This document shows, piece by piece, positions 32,315 through 42,937 of a DNA stretch of 64,000 bases (the first letter of the stretch is position 1; the number at the start of each line of letters is the position of its first letter). The stretch covers positions 1,356 to 65,355 of the forward strand of contig CAVPBI010000031.1 in assembly GCA_963701735.1 (NCBI GenBank), written 5' to 3'. The notes below the pieces were generated by a model that was not told where the DNA came from, did not search any database, and saw nothing but the letters and a program-made list of their open reading frames with translations. The DNA comes from an uncultured Ignavibacteria bacterium (lineage in GTDB: Bacteria; Bacteroidota; Ignavibacteria; UBA10030; UBA6906). The translations under genes and the position numbers were made by a program.

Positions 32315-34459
32315 CTGGAGCCCCCCACTATGATTTCGTCAACGAAAAGCCACGCGTTCTGGCCGCGGCCGGAATGCCACGGCGGGCACAGACCGATGGA
32401 TGCCGCTTTCACCCGCACAAACCTGGCGGGGGTCTTCGGGAACGTGGCCGAGAACTCCTTCCTGATGCCGGCGGCAGTCGAATCCGGCAGATCGTTCTTC
32501 ACCGTCGCCGCCACCTGGAACGACGTGCCATCCGACGAGAGTGAGTACTCGACGCCCCTCGGGAAGAAGATCCAGGATCCCTGGTTGTGGAGAAAACCGG
32601 TCCGGATCTCCTGAAGCTCCAGCGTTGTTCCAAGATCGATCGTCACGTCGAGATCGTTCTTCAGAAATCCCTGCCACGTACCGTCTCTGAAATTGGTCGA
32701 TCCCGTGACGCCATCCACGAGGCCGTAGCGTCCTCCGCCGGGATACTGCGCGTCGGGAGCGAAGACATGGGTCAGCTGCTTGCCGAACGCCGCATGGCGG
32801 ACAAAATCACAGCTGGCAACGTGGGACGAGCCGACGCCGTTCTGAAAGGCGCGGGCCTTGACGGTGCCGGCATCCGTCAGGCTCACCTTGCCCGTGAATA
32901 GCGGGGATGAGGCCACCGGATCAGAACCGTCAAGCGTATATCGGATCTCGACGCCCTGTGTCGTTGAGGTAAGATCGAACAGAACACCGTTCCGCGTCGA
33001 ATCATAGGAAGCTGTGACGGCGACGGCCGCCGTGACAATGGGCCAGTCGTCCGTCCTGAACGGAGATGCCGGCAGTCCGGCACGGTTGAAGAGTCTGGAT
33101 TCCGACGTGTTGGAGAATGCGAAGCGGACTGCAACGGGCTCCGTAACCTTCGGGGAAGAGACAAGCAGCGTGGACACCGTCGATCTTCGCGTCGGCATCC
33201 ACGAACGTGCGGTCCGGGCCGGCGATGGCGCACCCCTCAAGACGGTCGCCCTGAACCACGAGCCCGCCCTCGGCATGATCGAAGAAGACCCTGACGGCAT
33301 TCCCCTCGCGCTTCATCGACCGGTACAGCGGACCCGAATACTCCGGCAGGTTGACGCCATACGTGCGAGCAAGCGCCCAGAGCGCGAGCCGCCGCCCGAC
33401 TTCCTGCTTGTTCTTCGGATGGATGTCGTTGACATCGCCGATGTCCGCCGTGACAACCATGCCCGTGTTGGGCACGGTCAGCGTCTTCACCTGTGCTTCG
33501 CGAAGCAAGGCGGCGGCCATCGGCTCCTCGTAGTCGTACGGCGCGATCTGCGTGAAGTAGAACGGGAAACTGCCCAGGTTCCACGCATCCCGCCAGCCGG
33601 CGATGAGCGTGCCCATGAGCGTGGCGATACAGCCGCGCATCATTCCTGTTCGATTCGCCCTGATACCAGATGACACCCTTGATAGGGTAGTGGATCAGCG
33701 GATGAATCATCGCGTTATACAGGATGCCGGGCGTGGCAGGGCCACCACTCCGCCTTGTTCGGGGCGGACAGATAGAAAGCCAGCTCGGGAGGCTTCCTCA
33801 GGTCCTCGGGGCGAGTCCACACCTCGGCAGGCGTCCCGCCCCAACTGGAAGAGATCAACCCGACGGGCACGCTGAGCGTTCTGGAGAGTTCCCGTCCGAA
33901 GAAATACGCGGTCGCGCTGAAGTTCTCGACAACCTCCGGATCGGGCACACGCCACGCACCCGTGCAGGTGTCCAGCGGAACGCTTGATGTGTCCCTGCCA
34001 ACAGTGAAGAGGCGGAGAGAGGAATAGCCCTCCTTCATGAGATCATCGTAGTCGGCCCGGAAGGGACCCGACCACCCGCCCAGCTCCTTGATGGTGAATT
34101 CCATGTTGGACTGCCCCGAGCAGACCCACACTTCGCCGAGCATGATATTCTTCAGCTCGATCCGGCTCTTCCCCTCGATCGTGATCAGGTACGGTCCGCC
34201 GGCCTTTGACGTCTCGAGCCGCGCCCGCCATTTCCCGTCGCTGCCGGCCGTGGCAGACACAGGTCGCCTTCGACCATCCGGCGGTGACCCTGATGGCCTC
34301 GCCGGGATCCGCCCAGCCCCAGAGTGTGACGGTGCTGTGCTGTTGCAGCACCATGTTGTCGCCGAACACCGGGGGCAGCCTGACTGCCGCTGTTGCGCTG
34401 GCGACGAGCGCCATAGAGCAGACCATGGAGAGACAGGAGAGAAGAGTCCTATGCTTCAT
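32311..34459 (-). CDS. SASA-family (sialate O-acetylesterase-like) carbohydrate esterase with CHB_HEX_C-like and F5/8-type-C modules; about 4 frameshifts
   Basis: ATG at 34459 gives [24 protein letters not shown]. Motifs: [54 protein letters not shown]. Fragments are 34043..34513, 33715..34260, 33237..33710, 33002..33676 and 32311..33300. Frame changes occur at about 34260, 33737, 33625 and 33177. Confidence 0.85.
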
Positions 34460-34512
34460 CACAATCGTTCTCCGCCAACGCCGAATTGCCATACATCGGC
34501 TCGTGAACCGCA

Positions 34513-36815
34513 CTATTCCGCGAAGATTTCATCCACAAACAGCCATGCGTTGCTGCCGGCCCCGTCATGCCACGGCGGGCAGGTGCCGACATTCCGGGCA
34601 ACGACTTTGACGTACCGCGCTTTGATCTCTCCCGCACGGAAGGTGCAGTCTCTGACGACGACTTCCGCTGTCTGAGCCACCGGGTACGTCACATCGGGAA
34701 GAGCTTTCCATGTCTTGCCGTCGAGAGACACCGAACACGTGACCCGGGAAGGGAGAAAAATCCACGACCCCTGCTGCTGCAGAAATCCGGCCGTGATCTT
34801 CCTGATCGGCTGCGCTTCCCCGAGGTCAAGCGTGGCGATCATGTCATCCGATTCAAAGCCCAGCCATTTCCCGTCGTCGAATGCGGCCGAGGCGCGATGC
34901 CCGTCCGCGACCGTCGCGTCCCCGTGACCTGCGTATTTCGGGCTGTACTTCTTTTCAAACGTAATCCCCTTGACGCGTTTGCCCTCGATGAATCGCGCCT
35001 CGGACATTTCGATGCCCAGCTCGCCACCAACGGCCGGAAGCGCCCTGACCGTCGCCGAGCGCGTGAGCACGATCGGGGCCGTGTATCGAGCGGACTCAAG
35101 GGTCGGGGTTGTGCCGTCAAGCGTGTAGTATATGGCCACGCCCTCGCCGTCCGAGAGGAGCCGGACGGTCATCGAATCCTGAAACGCTCCTCCGTTCGGC
35201 TCTATCGTCACGCGCGGGGGAGCTTTGTACAGGCCGAAGGTCGACAGCGTGGGGCTCGTCCGCGATTCGTCGATGACCAGCCGGATCTTTGCCGCGGTCA
35301 CCGCGGGGAACCGGAGCAGCCGCTTGTGCCCGATCGTTGTCCCCTCCGCCACCCGGGCCCACGTCGTGCCGTCCCATGCATCAATGTGGAAGCGCTCGAC
35401 GCGCTGACCCACACGGATACACTCCTGGAGCATTGCACGGTCGAACGTCTGCGCCGAGGGAAGAACGTACTCGAGGGTCGCCGACACGACGCCCTCGTTC
35501 GTGGTCCAGTAGGTGCCGTTGTCGCCGTCGCCTGCCATCGCGCCGGCATGGCCCGGACGCTCGTCGGACGCCGTTACCGCCGCACCCGAGACGAGATTCT
35601 TCGCAAACGTCCGGTCCAGGATCGTCCGCATCCCCTTCAGGCTCTTGACGTCGTTCTCGTGGATGAGTCCGCGCTTGTCCGGCGGAAGATTCAGGAGCAG
35701 GACACTGTTCCTGCCGACAGAGCTATAATAGATGTCCACCAGCTTCTCGGGCGTCTTGACCCTGGTATCCTGATCCGCGTGATAGAACCACCCCGGCCTG
35801 ATCGAGACGTCCACCTCCGACGGGTACCAGACGAGAGCCTTCGCGTTCTTGATCTTCTCCCTGCTGCCCAGGTCCTCGGCCATCATATCCCCCGGAACGA
35901 ATGCGCCATCCACGGGATTCTGCTGCGAACCGCCGGCGATCGCCTCAAGGTTCTGCGCGACGTCGGGCACCACGCTCCACTCGGTCTCTCTGCCGTACCC
36001 GGATTCGGTCCCGACCCAGCGGACATCGGGGCCCATCACTGCAATCACAGAGTTCGGCTGCAGCTCCCGGATCAGCCTGTAGTACGATTGCCAGTCGTAC
36101 ACCTGGCGCTTCCCGTTCGGCCCTTCGCCGTTGGCGCCATCGAACCAGACCTCGGACACCTCGCCGTACCAGGTGAGCAGCTCGCGAAGCTGGTTGCGGA
36201 AGTGCTCATTGTATTGCTCCGAGCCGTAGGTCGGCTCATGCCGGTCCCACGGCGAGAGATACACGCCGAACTTCAGTCCAGACTCCTTGCATGCCGCTGC
36301 GACCTCGCCAACGACATCCCCCTTCCCGCCCTTCCAGGGGGAGCTCTTCACCGAATGGCGGTGTACTTGCTGGGCCAGAGGCAGAGCCCGTCATGGTGTT
36401 TCGCGGTGACGATCACCATCTTCATGCCTGCCTCTTTGATCACCCTGACCCATTGCCGGGCATCGAGATCGGTCGGGTTGAAGTTCGCCGGGTCTTCGGT
36501 CCCGAGACCCCACTCGCGATCGCTGAAGGTGTTCGTCCCGAAATGGACAAACGCGATGAACTCCATCTCCTGCCAGGCGAGCTGACGCGGCGAGGGGGCC
36601 ACCTGCGCGGCCTTCCGGACCACCTCGTCCATCGTGGCGCCCGGCGAAATCAGGACGACATTCCGGGCTCCGGAGTGCGCCCCCGGATCCTGGCCGAATG
36701 CCGTCGCGCCGAACTGGAGCAGGATGAGAACCGACCAGATCCCCAGGAGGATTTCGAGCCTCTTCAGGTAGTTGAGGCTTCTCGTCGCCGTCGTGTTCAC
36801 CATGTCTGTCCGCAA
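34513..36815 (-). CDS. GH29 alpha-L-fucosidase (paralogue 4) with CHB_HEX_C-like and F5/8-type-C modules; 1 frameshift
   Basis: Fragment 36348..36815 carries [12 protein letters not shown] and [20 protein letters not shown]. Fragment 34513..36351 carries [23 protein letters not shown] and the tail [24 protein letters not shown]. The frame changes at about 36353. Confidence 0.85.
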
Positions 36816-36846
36816 GTCCCTTGTGTGAGTTTCTCCAGTCGCTCCA

Positions 36847-38241
36847 TCAGTGAGCCTTCCTCAGCCAGAACCGCTCAATCTCTTCGAGCGTCTTCCCCTT
36901 TGTCTCAGGAAGGAATTTCCACGCGATGATGATCGCCGGTATGCACATGACGGCGAAGAGAACGAAGACGCCTGCCCCGCCCAGCGTCTCCAGCAGCCAG
37001 GGGAATGCCTGTCCGACGACGAATGTCCCGCACCAGAGGGAGAGCGTGGCAATGGACATCGCTCTGCCGCGGATGTGGGTCGGATAGATCTCCGACAGAA
37101 GCGTCCAGGTCACGCATCCGAACGAGAACGCGAAGAACGTGACGTACACGAGAATGCACACCACCAGCAGAGGGCTGCCGTCCGACCCGGCGAAGAACAC
37201 GCCTGCGATGCAGAGCAGCGAGATCATCATGCCGATCACCCCGGTGATCAGAAGCGGTTTTCGGCCGAAATGATCGATCTTCCAGAGGGCGAAGATCGTC
37301 GCGACGACGTTCATGATCCCGATGATCACCTGGCTGTCGAGCGATTCCGCCATTTTGAATCCTGCCTCGGCGAAGATTTTCGGCCCGTAGTAGATGATGA
37401 CGTTGATGCCGGTAAGCTGCGAGAGGACCGCAATGCTGACCCCCAGGAAGAGCGCCAGCCGGAGTCCGGGCTCGAAGAGCTGGCGGATGGAACCCGTCTC
37501 CTCTTTCAGCGTCGCCTGAATCTCCGCAACCTCGCGCGCGGCCGTCTCCTCGTTTGTCACCCGCGCCAGGATGGCCCGCGCCTTGTCCGGGTACCCCTTG
37601 GCCGTCAGCCACCGGGGACTCTGCGGAATGAAGAAGAGCAGCACAAAGAACACGACCGCGGGAATGACACCCATCCCGAACATCCCTCGCCACACCTCGC
37701 TGACAACAACCCATTGAAGGAAGTCACCCTGCACCGATCCGCTCTGCGACCACGAGAGCAGCATCGCGTTCGAGTAGTATGCCGCGAGGATCCCGAGGGT
37801 AATGGCAAATTGATACAGCGTGACCATGCGGCCGCGGTATTCGGGAATCGAAATTTCGGAGATGTACAGCGGCGCCAGCATCGAGGCGACGCCGATCCCC
37901 AGCCCGCCGACGAACCGCGCGAGAATCAACGACACGTGCTCCGGGGCGATGGCGCACCAGAACGCCGAGGCGGCGAAGAGGAGTGCCGACAGGAACAGTG
38001 TGGCCTTGCGGCCGAACCTGTCCGCCAGGATCCCCGAGAATGCCACGCCGATGATGCATCCCAGCAGGGCGACGGCGACGAACCATCCTTCCTCGAACGC
38101 ATCGAGGGCGAATTGCGCCTTCACCAATCCCACGGTGCCGGATATGACCGCCGTGTCAAAGCCGAAGAGAAACCCGCCCAGTGCCGTCACCAGGCACACA
38201 AAGAACAGGTAGGACAAATTCCGCTCGTGCGTTTTCGTCAT
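36847..38241 (-). CDS. MFS sugar porter (sugar:H+ symporter family); intact
   Basis: ATG at 38241, 7 nt after the upstream stop, gives [35 protein letters not shown]. Motifs [15 protein letters not shown] and [12 protein letters not shown] are sugar-porter signatures. Confidence 0.9.
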   Translation of the reverse strand: MTKTHERNLSYLFFVCLVTALGGFLFGFDTAVISGTVGLVKAQFALDAFEEGWFVAVALLGCIIGVAFSGILADRFGRKATLFLSALLFAASAFWCAIAPEHVSLILARFVGGLGIGVASMLAPLYISEISIPEYRGRMVTLYQFAITLGILAAYYSNAMLLSWSQSGSVQGDFLQWVVVSEVWRGMFGMGVIPAVVFFVLLFFIPQSPRWLTAKGYPDKARAILARVTNEETAAREVAEIQATLKEETGSIRQLFEPGLRLALFLGVSIAVLSQLTGINVIIYYGPKIFAEAGFKMAESLDSQVIIGIMNVVATIFALWKIDHFGRKPLLITGVIGMMISLLCIAGVFFAGSDGSPLLVVCILVYVTFFAFSFGCVTWTLLSEIYPTHIRGRAMSIATLSLWCGTFVVGQAFPWLLETLGGAGVFVLFAVMCIPAIIIAWKFLPETKGKTLEEIERFWLRKAH

Positions 38242-38248
38242 GGAGGGC

Positions 38249-39322
38249 TCATGCCTTTGGTGTTGTGTAGAACGAACCGCCATATTCTGCTCCCACCCGG
38301 AACATTTCCAGAATGTTGTCGATGGGGATGCCGTCATGGAGCGAATGATCGGAAGCGAGGACATACCCCCCGCCCGGCGCCGCAATGTCAATCGCCTCCC
38401 GCACTTCCGCTGCGACGTCCGCCGGGGTCCCGTACGGCAGGGTGCGCGATGAATCGATGTTCCCGATCAGGCAGAAGCGGTTTCCGTATTTCTCCTTCAC
38501 GGTCCGGAGATCCATCCCCGCGGTCCGCTGGAGCGGGTGAATCGAAGCGATCCTGGTTTGCGCGAAGTCGTCGAGGAAGCCGGTGATATGGCCGCAGGAA
38601 TGGAGCAGCACCGGCACGTGCAGGCTGTCGATGTATTCGACCAGGTCGTTCACATACGGAAGGACGTACTTGCGGAAGTGCGCCAGCGACACCAGCTCAT
38701 GGGTGCTGTCGCCGAAGTCGTCGCTGATCCACATTCCGATGCAGCCCGCCTCCACGGACAGCCGGGCGGCTTCCTTGTAGTACTCGTTCGAGAGCTTCAG
38801 GATCTCCGTGACAAGATCGGGCTCGTCGTAGAGGGCATAACAGATTCTCTCGTACCCCAACAGCATCCAGGCCGTATTCAGCGGACCGCTGACGCCGCCC
38901 AGGATGGCGATGTCGTCGTTCTCCGTCTCCACGGCTCTCCGGATTTCGGAATCGCGGCCGGGGAGCGTGGGGTCAGGAGGCCGGTACGTGCGGAGCTGCG
39001 ACATCTCCTTGATCGGAAACTCAATGGGAGCGTCGATCGGCCACGACGCTTCGCCCTTCTGAAACGTCGTGCCCCATTCATCAACATAGACGTTCTCGGC
39101 AAGGAAATTCGGCTGAAGTCCCGTGAATCCGCCGAACGGAACCCAGACGCCGTCATGATCCAGGGCGAGCGCGCATCGAACTGCATCCCGTCCATTGTAT
39201 GCGCCCGGCCGGGACCCCAGGAGCTTTTCATACAACGGCTCCTGGAAGAGAAAATCGAACAACGGCACCCGGTCCGGGATCCGCCGCTGGAGGGCAGCCA
39301 TGAACCGTTCTTTGCGTTTCAT
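38249..39322 (-). CDS. Uroporphyrinogen-decarboxylase (URO-D/MtaA-like) family protein 1, function unknown; intact
   Basis: 357-aa ORF with no signal peptide. MKRKERFMAALQRRIPDRVPLFDF at the N-terminus, VLLHSCGHITGFLDDF and ASDHSLHDGIPIDNILEMF resemble the URO-D-superfamily TIM-barrel pattern. Confidence 0.65.
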   Translation of the reverse strand: MKRKERFMAALQRRIPDRVPLFDFLFQEPLYEKLLGSRPGAYNGRDAVRCALALDHDGVWVPFGGFTGLQPNFLAENVYVDEWGTTFQKGEASWPIDAPIEFPIKEMSQLRTYRPPDPTLPGRDSEIRRAVETENDDIAILGGVSGPLNTAWMLLGYERICYALYDEPDLVTEILKLSNEYYKEAARLSVEAGCIGMWISDDFGDSTHELVSLAHFRKYVLPYVNDLVEYIDSLHVPVLLHSCGHITGFLDDFAQTRIASIHPLQRTAGMDLRTVKEKYGNRFCLIGNIDSSRTLPYGTPADVAAEVREAIDIAAPGGGYVLASDHSLHDGIPIDNILEMFRVGAEYGGSFYTTPKA

Positions 39323-39348
39323 TTCGGGGGGGTCCTGTCGGTCACGAT

Positions 39349-40450
39349 TCAGCTATACCAGCCGTACTTTTCCACCAGTTCCTGAACGTGTCGCACACGA
39401 TACTCCAGACAATCGGGCGGCACCTGGTCGGCGACGCCGAGGACATACCGGGGGCGGGATCGCATGATCTCCAGCACAACCCGGACATGGCGGTCGAACT
39501 CTTCGTCGCTCACCTTGGCCGTGAAGTACACTCCCGGAATGCCGCCCCAGAGGATCGTCCCGGGGTTGCCGGCCAATGCTTCCCATTGCTCTATCGGCAG
39601 ATCGCCGACGGGATCGGGCGTCATCGCCTCGATGACGGTGACGCCGGTCGACGCCTGTTCCCGGAGAAGCCCCTTGAGCGTTCCATCCATATGAACGAAC
39701 GAGTGTTTCCCCGCCCTGGCGATCTCCCCGATCCATTCCTCCTGGTAGGCGCGCATGTACTTCTCGAAGAACCGCCGACCGACCATTTCGGCGGAAAGAT
39801 TCTCCGGGATCATCAGCACTTCCGCCGGGCTGTCAACGGCAATCCGCGCCGCCTTGTCGAACGACTGCCTTCATGACCGCAAGGGTTTCGGCGAATTCGT
39901 CGGGAGCCGCCGCGATCGCAAACGTCACGGCGGATATTCCTGCTTCAAGTGCCACGAGGTGCATGAACGGGCTCTTCGGCAGATAACAGAGGAGGATGCC
40001 CTGATCCCCGATCTGGCCCAGCCGCCGATGGGCGAAGTCGTAGTCCGGCTCCCAGGAGGTATGCGCATAGGCGTAGCGCAACGCGGGGAGATCGTCTTCC
40101 GACTTCACCAGGTGTTCAATGGGGGCTTCGGCAAACGATTCGGGGAGGTATTCCCAGCACTCCCGCAGGTTTCCTTTGGGAGTGACAAGTTCGCGGTACC
40201 TGCGATTGCCCTCCCGCCATAAGCGCTCCTCAAAATCCGGGACCCCGCGAAACGGGAAGTACCCCTGAAGATAGAATCCCACCCCGAGCGAACGATGCCA
40301 CTCCAGGTACTCGTCGGATTCCTTGAACGTCCCCGGCCGCTTCCCCTGCCCTATCAGGCCCGAAGCCCAGTAATCCAGGTCTCCGAACCAGGGGACCTGA
40401 TCCGGCTGCTTGCCGTTCAGCAGGGAGAGGATACGTTCTCTGGGGGTCAT
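39349..40450 (-). CDS. URO-D family protein 2 (divergent paralogue); 1 frameshift
   Basis: ATG at 40450 gives MTPRERILSLLNGKQPDQVPWFGDLDYW. Fragments are 39833..40492 and 39349..39819 (VHMDGTLKGLL, VLGVADQVPPD). The frame changes at about 39862. Confidence 0.6.
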
Positions 40451-40525
40451 GGGACGATGCCTTCTCCGGGTGTCATGGTATGACCCCGGCACTGGTTCCG
40501 AGCGTGCGACGGACGATTTCCTCCC

Positions 40526-42937
40526 TCACCTGTCGACCACAATCTCATCCACGAACATCCAGGCCTTCTCGCCCTTCCCCAGGTGCCATGACAGGGCATA
40601 CGCCGAGGTTCTTCGCCGACACCCTGATGTATCGTGCTTTCACGGCCGGCACCGGATGCGATACCGTCACGATCGATGTTTCCTCGGCGGAGGCCGCGGA
40701 CGGGAATGTCGGTCGCTCCGACGGAGGAGAACGCCTTCCCATCCTCCGACACCTCGTACTGAACGCGGGTCGGGGCGAAGATCCACGCATGGTGATCCTT
40801 CAGGAAGTGCGCGGTTATCTTCGAAATCACGGTGACATCGCCCAGGTCAATCGTCGCGTCCAGGTCGTTCTGCTCGTATCCCTGCCAGTTCCCGTCTGCG
40901 TAGGAGGTCGTGCCCAGGAGGCCGTTCGTCAGCGCATAGGCGCCTCCCCCGCGTATACTTGCGGTACGGAAACTTCACGGTGACCGGCCGGGCAATCGCC
41001 GCGTGAACGAAGATGCGATGGGTCGTGGGAGCGCTCACAACCTCGCCGTTCTTCACCGAGACCGCCTGGATTTCCAGCGATCGGTCCGCCATGAACGGGC
41101 CTGCGTATTCCAGCGACGCGGCATTCGGCGTGGTGCCGTCGAGCGTATACCGGATCGGCGTGTCCCCTGATTCATTGGTCAGGCTGACCAGCACCTGGCG
41201 CCTGACCGTATCAAGGACAGCCGACATCAAGACGCTGTAGAGACTCCGCGCATACGTATACCCTGCCGCCTGGTAGCGGCGCAACTGCGGCTCGATCCGC
41301 GAGAAGAAGTGCTGCGGATCGCGGCGGTCCTTCGGCGACCACAGCACCTCGGACATGGCGGCCAGGCGCGGGAGCATCATGTATTCCGCCTGCCGTGCGT
41401 CGGGAACGAATTCCGTCCACAGGCACGACTGCCCCCCGAGGATATGAGCGGCCTGATCGGGGGCGAGCTCTTCGGGGACAGGCTCGAAGGAGTACACTTT
41501 GCCCAGCGTCAGATACCCCCCGCCCGCGGGCGGTTCGAACTCGGGCCGGCCCTGGTAGGCGTCGAAGTAGGCATGCGAATTGGGCGTCATGACCACGTCG
41601 TGCCCGAGCCGCGCCGCGGCAATGCCGCCGTCCGTTCCGCGCCACGACATCACCGTCGCCTCCGGCGCCAGACCTCCCTCGAGGATCTCGTCCCACCCGA
41701 CCAGCCGGCGGTTCTTCGAGACCACGAACTTCTCGATCCGCTTGATGAAATAGCTCTGCAGCTCATTCACATCCGCCAGGCCCTCCGACACGATCCGCGC
41801 CTGGCACTTCGGGCATGTCCTCCAGTTGGTCTTGTCCGCCTCGTCGCCGCCGATATGGACATATGTTCCCGGGAAGAGATCCATGACTTCCGACAGGACA
41901 TCCTGCAGGAATGTGAACGTGCTGTCGTTGCCCGCGCAGAAGATGTCGGTGATGGGCCAGAGGGCTCCCGTGGTCACGAGAAACGGACCGCCGGTGCAGG
42001 AGAACTGGGGATACGCGGCCAGGGCTGCCGTCGTATGCGCGGGCATTTCGATCTCCGGGAGGATCGTGATGTTGCGCTGCCGGGCGTACCGGACGATCTC
42101 CCTGATCTCGTCCTGCGTGTAGAACCCGCCGTACGTGGCCTTTTCTCCCGGCCGTTGAGGCTCCCGGACATTCCACTGAATCCCTTCACGGTCGGCACGC
42201 CATGCACCGACACTCGTGAGCAGGGGGTATTTCTTGATCTCGATTCTCCAGCCCTGGTCATCGGTGAGGTGCCAGTGAAAGACGTTCATCTTATGCATCG
42301 CGAGCATGTCGAGGAACGTCTTGATGAACTCCTTGGGGAGGAAATGCCGGCTGACATCCAGATGCGCGCCTCGCCAGGAGAACCGGGGTTTGTCCTGGAT
42401 CGTGAGGCATGGAATCGTCCACTTCACGTCAGCCGCCGGCGTCGCGCCAAAGACCGCTTCGGGGAGCAGCTGGAACAGCGTCTGTACCGCGTAGAGGTGA
42501 CCCGCGTCGGAACTCGCCCTGACGCGGACGAGGTCGCGCGTTACCTCGAGCGTATAGCCTTCCCCGCCGGATGCCGTGTCTGCGGTGTACTCGAACACAA
42601 TGGCATTGGCCCGCGGTGCCTGCCCGCCCACGCGCACCTTCAGCGGAAAGCCGGTGACTGTGCGCAACTGGTTGGCGAACGAGGCTGCAGGGAACGGCGC
42701 CTCCGATGCACGCGGGACAACGACGACTTCTGTCGAGGAGGTGATCGTAAACGTCCCGGATCCGGGCGTGCACTGCTCGACGCGCGGAACGATCGTCAGG
42801 CCTTTGTCATCCGACATCGAACTCACTCCTTCCGGCGCAGACAGCGCTGCCAGGGGTATCGCGAGCAGCACGGCGGCAACAAGGCGGGATTTCACGGTCA
42901 GTCTTCCCAGAGCCGTGAATCCTGACTGATGTGCCAC
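40526..42937 (-). CDS. GH20 beta-N-acetylhexosaminidase with CHB_HEX_C-like and F5/8-type-C modules; about 3 frameshifts
   Basis: Fragment 40847..42937 carries RGAHLDVSRHFLPKEF, MNVFHWHLTDDQGWRIE, VHIGGDEADK and [12 protein letters not shown]. The discoidin module is spread over three frames (40447..40830, 40545..40790, and a third frame ending GVCPSWHLGKGEKAWMFVDEIVVDR-stop at 40526). Frame changes occur at about 40946 (C5 run), 40705 and 40594. An alternative GTG start at 42895 (MKSRLVAAVLLAIPLAALSA) would avoid overlap with the upstream gene. Confidence 0.9.
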
